From: an uncultured Candidatus Peribacteria bacterium
GTDB taxonomy: Bacteria > Patescibacteriota > Gracilibacteria > BD1-5 > JAGOOR01
Direction: 5' to 3'
Length of the DNA stretch: 39,406 nt
NCBI GenBank assembly: GCA_964603225.1
Contig: CAZRUI010000002.1
Location: 1-39,406 of the forward strand
In this document: positions 1 through 9,834 of the stretch, piece by piece
Layout of the letters: each line of letters starts with the position of its first letter
Numbering within the stretch: position 1 is the first letter of the stretch
Made by a program: the position numbers and the translations under genes
Notes under the pieces: generated by a model
Databases searched by the model: none
Seen by the model: the letters and a program-made list of their open reading frames with translations, nothing else
Told to the model about the DNA's origin: nothing

Positions 1-26
1 GCGCCCCCTGTAATAAGTATTTTCAT
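1..26 (-). CDS. First 9 codons of a Rossmann-fold NAD(P)-binding protein (SDR epimerase/dehydratase type); the gene runs off the window
   Basis: Reverse-strand ATG at 24-26 followed by MKILITGGA, the typical start of a GxxGxxG dinucleotide-binding fold. Only 9 codons are visible. Confidence 0.3.
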
Positions 27-61
27 GCTCTCTATGATAGAGAAAAATAGATGAAGACAAG

Positions 62-92
62 AAAAAACTCCCCGAAAATCGAGGAGTTTTTT
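62..92 (-). terminator. Rho-independent terminator downstream of rplS (palindromic, could act in both directions)
   Basis: AAAAAACTCC (62-71) pairs with GGAGTTTTTT (83-92). On the minus strand the stem is followed by a T-run, 13 nt after the rplS stop. Confidence 0.6.
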
Positions 93-104
93 CTTGAAAA
101 TATA

Positions 105-518
105 CTATTCAGCAGATTCAGCTTTTGTTGCTTTTTTTGCCTTCTTTGCGACTGGAGCATTCTTTGCTTTGACTTCTTTGAGACGAGCTGATTTTCCTTC
201 GAGACCACGAACGTAGCGGATATTTTTGCGATTGACCTTGTACTGACGAATAACAGTCACGGCTTCAACAGTAGGACAAGAAACTGGGAAAGTTTTCTCA
301 ATTCCGAGACCACCTGATACACGACGTACTGTGTATGTCTTTTCACCATGAGTCTTACCTCCAGTGCGGATAACGACACCTTCGAATTTCTGAACACGAG
401 ATTTGTCTCCTTCAGTAATGCGCTGAGAGACTTCTACCTGCATACCAGTACGAATTTCTGGGAATTCTTTCTTACCAGCAGCGAGATTTTGGATATGTGC
501 GATGAGTTTTGCGTCCAT
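105..518 (-). CDS. rplS: 50S ribosomal protein L19
   Basis: The 137-aa ORF aligns by eye with L19 (FPEIRTGMQVEV..., QKFEGVVI, TVRR.S.G.G.E..F). It has a Lys/Ala-rich C-terminal tail. Confidence 0.93.
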   Translation of the reverse strand: MDAKLIAHIQNLAAGKKEFPEIRTGMQVEVSQRITEGDKSRVQKFEGVVIRTGGKTHGEKTYTVRRVSGGLGIEKTFPVSCPTVEAVTVIRQYKVNRKNIRYVRGLEGKSARLKEVKAKNAPVAKKAKKATKAESAE

Positions 519-542
519 AAAAGAAATAAAGTAAAATAAGTA

Positions 543-1898
543 TTAGAAGAAACGGCGATAATCGTATGCCTGAGATTCAGCCTTGAAACGGCGGAGAAGC
601 TCGAGAATAACACCAACAACGATAATAAGACCTGATCCTGAGATAAGGAAATCTATCTGAGCGATATCGAGTGCTGGGATATTATTTGCTTTGAGCATGT
701 TATTGACGAGTGTCGCAACATAAGGGAAAACCGCGATGATGGCGATGAATCCTCCTCCGAAAAAGTTGAGATGATTTGAGACATTGCGGAGATAGTCAGC
801 TGTCTGACGACCTGGACGAATACCAGGAATATAACCACCACGTTTCTGGATACCTTCTGCTACTTCCTTTGTATCAAATGTGATAGAGAGATAGAAATAT
901 GAAAACCCGAGAACAAGTGCTACAAAGATGAGAACAAACCACCATGTTGGAGCATTTGGATTAAAGACTTGTACCATGAGATTCGCAGCACTTCTGACAA
1001 ATTCTGGCATACCAGCGCTACGAATAGAAATAGCCTGACCCATGATATATGGGAAAGTCACAAGCGACATGGCAAAGATAATCGGAACCATACCAGCCTG
1101 ACTGACACGAATCGGGAAATATGAACGCTCATCACGACCAGTACGTGTATAGACGAGAGGGATGCGTCGGTAGCCTTCTGTGAATCTGATAATGATATAG
1201 ATCACGATAAGAGTTGCAACGAGAAGAGCGATAAATGGAAGTATTTGTGTGACAATAGAGCCAATAGAGCCAGACCATACTACAGTACCGAGTTGTGTCG
1301 CGATACGGCTTGGCACATCCGCGAGAACACCCGCGAAGATAATCATAGAGATACCGTTACCGATACCTGACTCATTGATTTGTTCACCGAGCCACATGAG
1401 AAAGACGGTACCAGCAGTGATAATCGTCATCATTGAAAGGAGGTTTCCCCAATCAGATGTATCAACAATAGGTGTCCCCTGAACGAGACTATTGAGGAGG
1501 AGAATCATACCGTAACTCTGGATAAATGCGAGAGGCACAGTGAGGATACGTGTGTAGGTATTGATTTTCTTCTGGCCTTGTGCTCCTTCTTTTTTGATCT
1601 CTTCGAGTTTTGGGACAACAACTGTGAGGAGCTGGAGAATGATCGAAGCGTTGATGTATGGAGAGAGACCCATGAGGATAATCGAGAATCGCTCGAGACT
1701 ACCACCCATGAGAGAGCTAAAGAAAGCAAGTCCTGGCTGAGCAGAAAATACACTTCTCATGCTCGCAAGAGAATCTGTCGAAACACCTGGAACAGGAATA
1801 ACTGAGAGGAGTTTATAGATGACAATGAGACCCAGAGTAAGACCTATCTTCTTTCGGAGACTTGTAGAACGGAGGATTTGTTTCCAGGAATTCTTCAT
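543..1898 (-). CDS. secY: Preprotein translocase subunit SecY
   Basis: 451-aa polytopic membrane protein with SecY-type N-terminus and loops (PYINASIILQLL, GEQI.E.GIGNGIS.IIF.G). It sits in the canonical position after rplO and has no in-frame TGA. Confidence 0.96.
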   Translation of the reverse strand: MKNSWKQILRSTSLRKKIGLTLGLIVIYKLLSVIPVPGVSTDSLASMRSVFSAQPGLAFFSSLMGGSLERFSIILMGLSPYINASIILQLLTVVVPKLEEIKKEGAQGQKKINTYTRILTVPLAFIQSYGMILLLNSLVQGTPIVDTSDWGNLLSMMTIITAGTVFLMWLGEQINESGIGNGISMIIFAGVLADVPSRIATQLGTVVWSGSIGSIVTQILPFIALLVATLIVIYIIIRFTEGYRRIPLVYTRTGRDERSYFPIRVSQAGMVPIIFAMSLVTFPYIMGQAISIRSAGMPEFVRSAANLMVQVFNPNAPTWWFVLIFVALVLGFSYFYLSITFDTKEVAEGIQKRGGYIPGIRPGRQTADYLRNVSNHLNFFGGGFIAIIAVFPYVATLVNNMLKANNIPALDIAQIDFLISGSGLIIVVGVILELLRRFKAESQAYDYRRFF

Positions 1899-1912
1899 AA
1901 CAATGAATATGA

Positions 1913-2368
1913 TTATGCAACGAGGTTAAGTGTTCCTCCTGCTTTTTCGAGGCTCTTTTTCGCTGTCTCACTCGCAGCATGAACTGAGAGAGTCACGGCC
2001 GTTGTGAGTTCACCACCTGAGAGGAGTTTTACGCGAGGTGATTGACCACGAACGTATCCAGCCTCAATAAGTGTATCAATGGTGATTTCTTTTTTACCAG
2101 CATCAGCGAGTTGTTGGACGTCACTGAGTTGGAGTACTGCAAATGGAGTCTTGGCAGAGTATGCACCTCCACGAAGTTTTGGGAGACGCATGTGAAGAGG
2201 AGTCTGTCCACCTTCGAAAAGAGGGTGAATCTTTTTTCCTGTTCGAGCCTTTTGTCCTTTACAACCGCGGCCACAGAACCCACCTTTTCCAGATGAAGAT
2301 CCACGACCAAGTCGTTTTGATGTGGTGCGAGATGCAGCACGAGGACGAAGAGTAGAATGATTTAGCAT
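1913..2368 (-). CDS. rplO: 50S ribosomal protein L15
   Basis: 151 aa with a Gly/Arg-rich N-terminus (RLGRGSSSGKGGFCGRG.KGQKAR.G), typical of L15. It lies between rpsE and secY. Confidence 0.93.
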   Translation of the reverse strand: MLNHSTLRPRAASRTTSKRLGRGSSSGKGGFCGRGCKGQKARTGKKIHPLFEGGQTPLHMRLPKLRGGAYSAKTPFAVLQLSDVQQLADAGKKEITIDTLIEAGYVRGQSPRVKLLSGGELTTAVTLSVHAASETAKKSLEKAGGTLNLVA

Positions 2369-2425
2369 ACAGCGAGAGTTTAATAAGTGAAATTGATTTT
2401 ATCTATTTTTTACGTTTTGTATATA

Positions 2426-3025
2426 TTATTTTGTCTGGTACATTTTGAGGGCTTCCATAGTTGCGTACGCTGTTGTGATAACGTTACGACCACCATGACG
2501 TTTTGAGAGGATATTTTGGCAACCAGCGAGTTCGAGAATACGACGTGCAGAACCACCTGCGATGATACCAGTACCCTCTTTTGCTGGGTGAATCATGATT
2601 TTTACAGATTTGAACTTGGTATTTACTTGGTATGGAACGGTTCCGTTTTGGAGAGGAACTTTGATGAGATGTCGTTTTGCAGAATTGACAGCTTTTTCAA
2701 CCGCAACAGATACTTCACCTGCTTTACCAAGTCCGAAACCAACACGACCATTTCGATCACCGATGACGACAGCAGCACGGAATCGGAGCTGACGACCACC
2801 ACTCGTGACTTTTGTCACACGACCGACTTCGAGAAGTACTTCTTCGAATTCTTTTTTTACTGGTTCAAAACCAGATTTACCATCGCGACGATTGTCACGA
2901 CGTCCGCCACGGTCGTCACGACGTCCGCGACCACCACGTTCACCACGAGGTGCCGGAGCAGTTGTTTCAGTCGTAGCTTCTGGAGCTTCGTTTGTAGTTG
3001 GAGTTGTAAGTGTCTCTTCTGACAT
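2426..3025 (-). CDS. rpsE: 30S ribosomal protein S5 with an Arg/Gly/Asp-rich N-terminal extension
   Basis: The core matches S5 (V.RV.KV..GGR..RF.A.VV.GD..G.VG.G.GKA.EV..A..KA). About 55 aa of low-complexity N-terminal extension precede it. Confidence 0.93.
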   Translation of the reverse strand: MSEETLTTPTTNEAPEATTETTAPAPRGERGGRGRRDDRGGRRDNRRDGKSGFEPVKKEFEEVLLEVGRVTKVTSGGRQLRFRAAVVIGDRNGRVGFGLGKAGEVSVAVEKAVNSAKRHLIKVPLQNGTVPYQVNTKFKSVKIMIHPAKEGTGIIAGGSARRILELAGCQNILSKRHGGRNVITTAYATMEALKMYQTK

Positions 3026-3036
3026 AAATAAAAAGA

Positions 3037-3381
3037 TTAAAATATGAGGCCACCTTCTCGAGCTGCATCTGCGAGAGCTGCAACACGACCGGTATAGATA
3101 AATCCGCCTCGATCAAAAACAACAGTCTTGATTCCAGCAGCTTGAGCTTTTTTTGCGACTTCAGCACCGACTTTTTGAGCGCGCTCGATCTTAGTTCCCT
3201 TTTTGATTTCTGTGTCATGAGCAGACGCGATGGTCCGACCAGCAACATCATCAATGAGTTGTGCATAGATATATGCATTTGATCGATAGACTGCGAGTCG
3301 AGGACACGTAGCAGTACCACTGATACGAGCTCGTATTCGTTTGTGTCGGTTGTATCGTTTTTCGTGAGAAGTGAGAGTCAT
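3037..3381 (-). CDS. rplR: 50S ribosomal protein L18
   Basis: 114 aa with RHKRIR..I.GT...PRL.V.RSN..IYAQ.IDD and FDRGG..Y.GRV.A.A.AARE.GL.F. Confidence 0.94.
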   Translation of the reverse strand: MTLTSHEKRYNRHKRIRARISGTATCPRLAVYRSNAYIYAQLIDDVAGRTIASAHDTEIKKGTKIERAQKVGAEVAKKAQAAGIKTVVFDRGGFIYTGRVAALADAAREGGLIF

Positions 3382-3392
3382 AGTAGAAAATA

Positions 3393-3941
3393 TTAAGCTT
3401 TAGCACCTGTTTTACCTGCCTTACGACGGACGTATTCGTCGACGTATCGGATTCCTTTTCCTTTGTATGGTTCAGGAGTCTTCACAGCACGGATTTTAGC
3501 AGCAAATTCACCAACCTGTTGTGCATCAATACCAGAAATGTGAAGAACGTTTGGATTCTGAGCATCTTGTACGAGTGCTACGTCAGCTGGGATATCGAGT
3601 GTTACTTTGTGTGAGAAACCAACTGCGAGAGTGATTTTTTTACCTGTTACTTCACATCGGTAACCAACACCCTGGATCTCGAGAGATTTTTTAAATTCTC
3701 CTGCGACACCCTTGAGTTTGCTCTGGATGAGAGCCCAAGAGAGACCCCATTGTGCAAAATCTTTTCTCTCAGTCGCTGTAGATGTAAGAAGAAGAGTATT
3801 ACCTTCTAGTTTTGCATTCACAACAGATGGGAGTGTGTAGTCGAGTTTTCCTTTTGGTCCTTGAAAGACGAGTGTCGAACCATCGAGGGTTGCAGTAACA
3901 CCAGCAGGAAATGTAATAGGTTTTTTAGCGAGTCGTGACAT
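3393..3941 (-). CDS. rplF: 50S ribosomal protein L6
   Basis: 182 aa with MSR.AK.PI..P.GV and GVGYR, plus a [12 protein letters not shown]-terminal motif. Confidence 0.94.
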   Translation of the reverse strand: MSRLAKKPITFPAGVTATLDGSTLVFQGPKGKLDYTLPSVVNAKLEGNTLLLTSTATERKDFAQWGLSWALIQSKLKGVAGEFKKSLEIQGVGYRCEVTGKKITLAVGFSHKVTLDIPADVALVQDAQNPNVLHISGIDAQQVGEFAAKIRAVKTPEPYKGKGIRYVDEYVRRKAGKTGAKA

Positions 3942-3949
3942 ATAGAAAA

Positions 3950-4336
3950 TTAATAAACTTCTCCGATAACCTCTCCACCGACATTGAGAGCACGTGCTTC
4001 GTAGCCAGTGATTACGCCTTTTGGAGTTGAGATAATATAGATACCAGCACCATTTCGAGATTTCTTGATAGCGGTAGAACCAACATACACACGGTGGCCA
4101 GGAGTACTGACACGGCGGAATGTAGGGATCTTTCGATGACGAGAATTATCGAGAGTGATAGTAATGGTTTTTTTGACATCTCCTTCGACGGCAAAATCAA
4201 CGATATACTTATTTTTCTTGAAGATAACCAAGATTCTCTCTTTCAGAGTAGAATATGGGACAACAAGTGACTCATGTCCGCGAACGAGAGCGTTCGAGAG
4301 TGAGACGAAAAGATCAGATATAGAATCAGTAGACAT
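3950..4336 (-). CDS. rpsH: 30S ribosomal protein S8
   Basis: The ORF-track entry (3950-4441) overextends into rpsN. The internal ATG at 4336 gives MSTDSISDLFVSLSNA..., the canonical S8 start, and the protein ends GGEVIGEVY. Confidence 0.9.
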   Translation of the reverse strand: MSTDSISDLFVSLSNALVRGHESLVVPYSTLKERILVIFKKNKYIVDFAVEGDVKKTITITLDNSRHRKIPTFRRVSTPGHRVYVGSTAIKKSRNGAGIYIISTPKGVITGYEARALNVGGEVIGEVY

Positions 4337-4349
4337 AAGAAGAATTAAA

Positions 4350-4574
4350 TTACCAGCTAGATTTACGAACTCCGAGGATTTCACCTTTGTTGACACGTTC
4401 GCGGAGCTCAATACGAGAGAGACCGAAGCGACCGATGACACCTCGACGACGACCTGTCACAATACATTGTGAGTAGATACGTGTTGAGAATGTTACTTTT
4501 TGGCCATTCGCCTTCTGACGTGCTGCGCGGAGCTTGCGTCGATTACATTTTGAGATAAGTGCTTTGCGAGTCAT
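4350..4574 (-). CDS. rpsN: 30S ribosomal protein S14 (short form)
   Basis: 74 aa, MTRKALI.K..RR...., ending RIELRE....GEILGVRKSSW, the S14 C-terminal signature. It lies between rplE and rpsH. Confidence 0.9.
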   Translation of the reverse strand: MTRKALISKCNRRKLRAARQKANGQKVTFSTRIYSQCIVTGRRRGVIGRFGLSRIELRERVNKGEILGVRKSSW

Positions 4575-4579
4575 AGAGA

Positions 4580-5116
4580 TTATTTATGAAATGGGAAACC
4601 AATATTTTGGAGGAGGAGAAGCGAGTCCTCAGGAGATTGTGTTTTTGTAACAACTGTAATCTGCATACCGTGAGTCTTGATCACATCATCTTGGACGATT
4701 TCTGGGAAGAGTGTTTGTTCTTTGAGACCGAGGTTAAAGTTTCCTGTCTTATCGATGCTCTTTGGTCGGAGACCCTGGAAGTCACGAACACGTGGGAGGA
4801 CGACATTGATGAGCTTCTCGAGGAAGTCAAACATACGTTCACCACGGAGTGTGACGGTGAGACCAACTGCGAGACCTTCACGGAGTTTGAAATTCGAAAT
4901 AGCTTTTCGTGATTTTGAGAGAACTGGTTTCTGGCCAGTGATGAGTGTGAGGTGCTTCTCAAAGAGTGAGTAGTCTTTTTGACCACCAGTCACGAGAGAA
5001 CCGATACCCATGTTCACGACTACTTTCTCGAGACGAGGAAGTGCGTTTACATTCTTCTTCAACTCTTTTGCGAGCTTTGGAAGAACAGTCGATGTATAGT
5101 GTTTGCGGAGAGACAT
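4580..5116 (-). CDS. rplE: 50S ribosomal protein L5
   Basis: 178 aa with P.LEKVV.NMG.G, RDF.GL and FPE, matching the L5 family in the canonical position. Confidence 0.94.
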   Translation of the reverse strand: MSLRKHYTSTVLPKLAKELKKNVNALPRLEKVVVNMGIGSLVTGGQKDYSLFEKHLTLITGQKPVLSKSRKAISNFKLREGLAVGLTVTLRGERMFDFLEKLINVVLPRVRDFQGLRPKSIDKTGNFNLGLKEQTLFPEIVQDDVIKTHGMQITVVTKTQSPEDSLLLLQNIGFPFHK

Positions 5117-5130
5117 AAAAAGGAGAGAAA

Positions 5131-5475
5131 TTAATCGATAGCTTTACCTGATTTTTTAGAAATACGAGTTGTTTTTTTGCCCTGCTCGATGCGAACACGA
5201 GTTGGCTTCTTCGAAGATGGATCGATGAGCATAACATTTGAAACGTGAATTGGTTTCTCAAATTGTACTTTTTGTCCTGGAGTAGTTCCCTGCTTCTTCA
5301 CGTGTTTTGTGACGATATTGACACCTTCTACGATAACCATCTGTTCTTTTGGGAATGCACGAAGAACTTTTGCTTCAACTGGTGTGCGTTTTTCAACACC
5401 ATCTTTATTCTTCTCAACGCGGAAACGGTTTTTTCCTGCGATGATACGAACGATGTCTCAAGTGTGGATTTTCAT
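5131..5475 (-). CDS. rplX: 50S ribosomal protein L24 (one in-frame UGA-Gly)
   Basis: The ORF track shows only the C-terminal 69 aa. Reading TGA at 5458-5460 as Gly gives MKIHT[G]DIVRIIAGKN..., the KGD..VIAGK KOW motif of L24. The length is 345 nt, in frame. Confidence 0.9.
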
Positions 5476-5495
5476 AATAATAAGTATTAATTCGA

Positions 5496-5867
5496 TTAGA
5501 TAACTTCTGGAGCCTTACTGATAATAGCCTTGAAACGCTTGTCACCTCGGAGCTCTCGGAATACTGGACCGAAAACACGAGTTCCCTGTGGTTCACCTTT
5601 GTCATTGACGATAACACATGCGTTGTCATCAGAACGAACAGTTGATCCATCAGCACGTTTTACTGGACGAGTTGTACGGATAACAACAGCACGAACAACA
5701 GTATGCGCCTTGACCTGACCATCTGGTTCTGCATCTTTCACAGAACAGACGATGATGTCACCTACACGAGCATAGCGATGACGTGTTCCTTTTGGGATGT
5801 TGAAACAGAGTACTTCTTTAGCACCTGTGTTATCAGCGACGACGAGTCTTGTTTCTTTTTGTATCAT
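5496..5867 (-). CDS. rplN: 50S ribosomal protein L14
   Basis: 123 aa, MIQ.ET.L.VADN.GAK...C and so on; a highly conserved L14 sequence. Confidence 0.96.
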   Translation of the reverse strand: MIQKETRLVVADNTGAKEVLCFNIPKGTRHRYARVGDIIVCSVKDAEPDGQVKAHTVVRAVVIRTTRPVKRADGSTVRSDDNACVIVNDKGEPQGTRVFGPVFRELRGDKRFKAIISKAPEVI

Positions 5868-5892
5868 AGTAAGGAAAAATTAGAGTGGCTTT

Positions 5893-6111
5893 TTAGATGA
5901 CTTTCCAACAAACTGTTTTTGAGCGAGGAGCTGTTTCTTCGATTGTGACAATCATACCTTCTTCGAGAGGAGTTTCTGCGTGAGCGTGAAACTTCTTTGA
6001 AACCGGGATATCCTTGCCATATTTCGCATGCTTGAGGTATTCAGTTACTTTGATAGTAACAGTGCCTTGCATTTTTGTAGATGTAACAGTACCTGTTTTA
6101 GTTCTTCGCAT
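5893..6111 (-). CDS. rpsQ: 30S ribosomal protein S17
   Basis: 72 aa with G.V.S.KM..TV.V.V......KY.K......KF.AH.E, in the canonical position. Confidence 0.92.
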   Translation of the reverse strand: MRRTKTGTVTSTKMQGTVTIKVTEYLKHAKYGKDIPVSKKFHAHAETPLEEGMIVTIEETAPRSKTVCWKVI

Positions 6112-6112
6112 A

Positions 6113-6316
6113 TTATTTTGACTTATTAAGTTGAGTGAGATGACGAGCTACTGCCTTGCGAGCTTCGCGGAGTTTGTGTACTTCCTTGAGTTCTCGGAGA
6201 GAGTGCTTCATCTTGAGAGAGAAAAGCTCTGCACGGAGACTCTTGAGGTCACCACCCTGAGCCTTCTTAGGTGCTTCAGTTTTTTTTGCAGGTTTTGTAG
6301 TTTTTTTAGTAGGCAT
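6113..6316 (-). CDS. rpmC: 50S ribosomal protein L29 with a Lys-rich N-terminal extension
   Basis: 67 aa with L..LR.ELF.LKM......L...H.LRE.RK.VAR; it lies between rplP and rpsQ. Confidence 0.88.
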   Translation of the reverse strand: MPTKKTTKPAKKTEAPKKAQGGDLKSLRAELFSLKMKHSLRELKEVHKLREARKAVARHLTQLNKSK

Positions 6317-6330
6317 AGTCGAGAGAGAAA

Positions 6331-6759
6331 TTAAGCAGCAAGAGCAAGAAGTGAAGAGCTATCAATAATAGTTGTTTTGAGAGAGAGTTTCGCACCAGCA
6401 AGTGTGAATGCTTCACGAGCGAGAGCGTCAGAGACACCATCGATTTCGAAGATCATTGTTCCAGCTGGGACAGAAGCATGGTAGTATTCTACGCCACCCT
6501 TTCCTCAACCCATTGGAACTTCGAGAGCTTTCTTGGTAAATGGTTTGTGTGGAAAAACACGGCACCATACTTTACCTCCACGTTGGAGTGTATGAGCAAT
6601 AGTTTTTCGAGCTGCTTCGATTTCACGAGCAGTGAGAAAACCTGATGACATCGCCTTGAGACCGTATGATCCGTGAGCGAGCATAAAGCCAACAGTCGCA
6701 TTCCCCTTCTGGGTTCCGCGCATAGCTTTTCGATATTTTGTTCGTGCTGGTTGTTGCAT
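6331..6759 (-). CDS. rplP: 50S ribosomal protein L16 (one in-frame UGA-Gly)
   Basis: The N-terminal 84 aa are in the ORF track. TGA at 6505-6507 falls in the conserved MGKGKG segment (EVPMG[G]GKGGVEYY...). The frame then continues to TAA at 6331-6333 with an EAF.LA..KL tail. Confidence 0.92.
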
Positions 6760-6784
6760 AAGACCTAAATTAAATTATTCGTGA

Positions 6785-7417
6785 TTAGTTGTTAGTAACG
6801 TCACCCTTGTAAATCCATATCTTGAGACCGATGATACCGTACATAGTGAGAGCATGCTCTACAGAGTAATCAATCGATGCCTTGATAGTTTGAGTTGGGA
6901 TATTTCCTTCCTTGTAGACTTCATGACGAGCGATTTCAGCACCTCCGATACGACCAGAGATACGGATCTTGATACCTTTTGCACCTTTTTCCATAGCTTT
7001 CGTGATAGCTTGTTTGATAACACGACGGTATGGGAGACGACGCTCGATCTGACGACCGATGCTGTCACCAACGAGTGTTGCGTGAACATCAGGATTTTTG
7101 ATTTCTTTGACGTCTACATTGACTTTCTTTCCGTAGAGAGCCATGAGCTTCTTCTGGAGTTTTGTGAGATTCTCACCATTCTTACCGAGGATAAGAGCTG
7201 TACGAGAAGTGTAGATGATAACACGGAGACCGGTATCACTGTGAGTGATAGTGACGTGACCAACTGGGAGACCTTTGAAAAATTTTCGAACGAGGTCACG
7301 GATGATAACATCCTGTTGGATAGCGGCTGTGTATTCTGCTTTATCATAGTATCCAGTAGATGCCCAAGAGCGGGTTACTCCGATACGCCAAGAGATGGGG
7401 CTGACTTTGTGTCACAT
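6785..7417 (-). CDS. rpsC: 30S ribosomal protein S3 (UGA-Gly at codon 2)
   Basis: ATG at 7415-7417, then TGA at 7412-7414, gives M[G]HKVSPISWRIG... (S3 consensus MGQKV.P...R.G). The reading is continuous with the 119-aa ORF at 6785-7144. Length is 633 nt. Confidence 0.92.
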
Positions 7418-7436
7418 AAGAGAGAAGTTTTAGATA

Positions 7437-7763
7437 TTATTTGTGAGAGAGTTCGAGAAATACATGACTCGTATGCTTGAGGATACGGTGACTGCGACCA
7501 CGACCAACTGGACGTGCACGCTTGTATGTAGGACCCTGAGCAATTGAGAGTGTATGAATCATGAGATCATCTTTTGAAGCTCCGTCATTATGTGTTGCAT
7601 TTGCAGCAGCACTGAAGAGAACTTTGTAGAGGATTTCACTTCCTTTTTTTGGGAAAAGTCGGAGCATCGCGAGACCATCGTTGACTGATTTTCCTCGTAC
7701 GAGGTTAGCGACAACACGGAGTTTTTTTGGAGAGATGCGGGCGTTTTTGAGAGTAGCTTTCAT
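7437..7763 (-). CDS. rplV: 50S ribosomal protein L22
   Basis: 108 aa with A..K..RISP.K.R.VA.L.RGK.V..A...L and GP..KR..PR..GR; L22 family. Confidence 0.93.
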   Translation of the reverse strand: MKATLKNARISPKKLRVVANLVRGKSVNDGLAMLRLFPKKGSEILYKVLFSAAANATHNDGASKDDLMIHTLSIAQGPTYKRARPVGRGRSHRILKHTSHVFLELSHK

Positions 7764-7774
7764 AGTTTTGGAAA

Positions 7775-8050
7775 TTAAGCAGCAGCAACAGCCTTACCAG
7801 CATGTTTGATAAATTTACGTGTCGGTGCGAATTCGCCGAGACGGTGACCTACCATGTCTTCTGTGACAAACACTGGTGTATGTTCTTTTCCGTTATGAAC
7901 ACCGAATGTGTGACCAACAAAATCAGGGTGAATCACAGAGGCACGAGCCCATGTCTTGATAACACTTTTTTTACCAGTTGTATTGAGAGCTGAAACCTTT
8001 TTCATGAGGTGCTCTGGGACAAACAATCATTTTTTGAGACTACGTGACAT
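7775..8050 (-). CDS. rpsS: 30S ribosomal protein S19 (one in-frame UGA-Gly)
   Basis: ATG at 8048-8050 gives MSRSLKK[G]LFVPEHL..., with TGA (8027-8029) at the invariant Gly of SLKKGPF. The rest matches S19 ([22 protein letters not shown]). Confidence 0.94.
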
Positions 8051-8052
8051 AG

Positions 8053-8907
8053 TTATGAAGCTGAAGAATTAGAAGAGACAATAGAACCTCGCTTATCAGT
8101 TGCGATCCATCGGTTTGTACGTTTGTTTTTACGAGTCTTCACACCGAGAGCTGGTTTACCCCATGGAGTCGTAGGTTGACGACCGATAGATGTATGACCT
8201 TCTCATCCTCCGTGTGGGTGGTCTACAGGGTTCATCGATGTACCGAGGTTGTGCGGACGACGACCTTTCCAACGACTACGACCAGCTTTACCAACAACGA
8301 TTTGATTGTGATCGATATTGCTGACGACACCGACTGTTGCGAAACATTCTTTGTGGATGTATCGTACTTCACCTGAATTGAGTTTGATTTGTGTATAGTC
8401 ACCTTCTTGAGAAACGATCTGAGCACCTGCACCAGCAGAACGAACTGCTTGAGCACCTTTACCGATGATGAGCTCTACATTGTGAACAAAGAGACCTGCA
8501 GGGATGTTACCAATTTTGAGACGGTTACCAGCGACAGGTTTTGCATTTGCTGAAGTGATAATAGTGTCACCAACATTCATAGTTGAGTGAGCAACGACAT
8601 AACGATGTTCTCCATCTGCATCTTTTACGAGAGCGATAAATGCTGATCGGTGTGGATCGTATTCGATAGTCTGAACAACTGCTGGGACATCCATTTTTGC
8701 AAATCGGAAGTCAACGATACGGAGACGACGCTTGTGTCCACCACCACGGAATCGTGATGTCGTACGACCAAGAGAGTTACGACCACCAGTACTCTTGTGA
8801 GCTGTTGTGAGTTTTTTAAATGGTTTGTCTGTTGTGAGTTCAGCAAAAGCGTTTCCAGACATTCCTCGTCGGCCGTTTGTAGTAGGTTTGTAGAGTTTAA
8901 TAGCCAT
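8053..8907 (-). CDS. rplB: 50S ribosomal protein L2 (one in-frame UGA-Gly)
   Basis: TGA at 8203-8205 lies in HPHGG[G]EG. The C-terminal 50 codons (..[19 protein letters not shown]..) follow, to TAA at 8053-8055. Length is 855 nt, in frame. Confidence 0.95.
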
Positions 8908-8909
8908 AA

Positions 8910-9203
8910 TTAGTCTTTAGTATGAAGTTTAGCAAGCTGAGTAATAGGTTTGTCGAGAGTGACGTATGCTTTTTTGAAAGCAGCACGACGACGAATCTGA
9001 CCCTTGCGACCATTTCGGACTTTTGAATAGTTTTTTGCAATCTGAACAGATGATACAGAGCGATCATAGAGTTCAGAAAATGCTTTTTTGATGTCAGTCT
9101 TTGTTGCATCATTTGCTACACGGAATGTGTAGACATTACCAGTCTCGAGCATACGAGATTTGTGTGATTCAACTGGTCAGAGGATAACGTTGTAGATATT
9201 CAT
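8910..9203 (-). CDS. rplW: 50S ribosomal protein L23 (one in-frame UGA-Gly)
   Basis: ATG at 9201-9203 gives MNIYNVIL[G]PVESHKS.., with TGA at 9177-9179, then joins the 80-aa ORF. It lies between rplD and rplB. Confidence 0.88.
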
Positions 9204-9207
9204 AGAA

Positions 9208-9807
9208 TTATGCGTTGAAGTGAGAAGAAAGAGTCTGAAGTGCATCCTTGGTAAATACACAGTAGTCATACTTGAGAATCTCAGCAGGGCTTGCGTGAGT
9301 CACGACATCGACGTGTGTACCGTGGAGATTTGAGAGACCGAGGATTTTCTTTGATTCAGCTGCAGAGACGAATACGAGTGCTGTATTCTCTTTTGTGATA
9401 TCAGCAAAAGCTTTTGCCATAACTGATGTTTTTGCATCGATTTTGTCGATAGTACGGATCTTACCTTCTTGAGCTTTGAGTGTGAGAGCAGATGCGAGAC
9501 CGAGACGACGTTCTTGAGCATTCATGCTGATTTGGAAATTAGCATTGCTGCGAGGACCAAATGCGACACCACCACCTTTACGAGAAGGAGAACGGTTACT
9601 ACCCTTACGAGAAGCACCTGCACCTTTTTGTTTTGTGAGCTTGCGAGTAGAACCACGACGAGCACTACGGCTGAGTGTGTGAGCTATTGGAAAACGACCA
9701 TTGTGATTCTGGAGAATCATGAGTTGAGCGAGAACACCGAGATGAGGAACGATACCAAAGAGTGATACGTCGAGTGTGTCTGGAGTTGGAGTAGAGAGAG
9801 CAGTCAT
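9208..9807 (-). CDS. rplD: 50S ribosomal protein L4
   Basis: 199 aa with T..R..V.GGG.KP..QKGTG.AR.GS.RSP-like segment (RRGSTRKLTKQKGAGASRKGSNRSPSRKGGGVAFGP). Confidence 0.93.
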   Translation of the reverse strand: MTALSTPTPDTLDVSLFGIVPHLGVLAQLMILQNHNGRFPIAHTLSRSARRGSTRKLTKQKGAGASRKGSNRSPSRKGGGVAFGPRSNANFQISMNAQERRLGLASALTLKAQEGKIRTIDKIDAKTSVMAKAFADITKENTALVFVSAAESKKILGLSNLHGTHVDVVTHASPAEILKYDYCVFTKDALQTLSSHFNA

Positions 9808-9834
9808 AGTTGAGAGCGATTATCGGATGGACGA

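Noticed and set aside
2516-3022. Long plus-strand ORFs opposite ribosomal protein and housekeeping genes (also 6854-7480, 11822-12244, 18521-18976, 25386-25931, 26420-26857, 28776-29318)
   Set aside because: Each lies antisense to a gene with a clear family assignment (rpsE, rpsC, metK, yebC, ppk2, pilD, murC). Their products are low-complexity or Cys/Phe-rich with no recognisable motifs.
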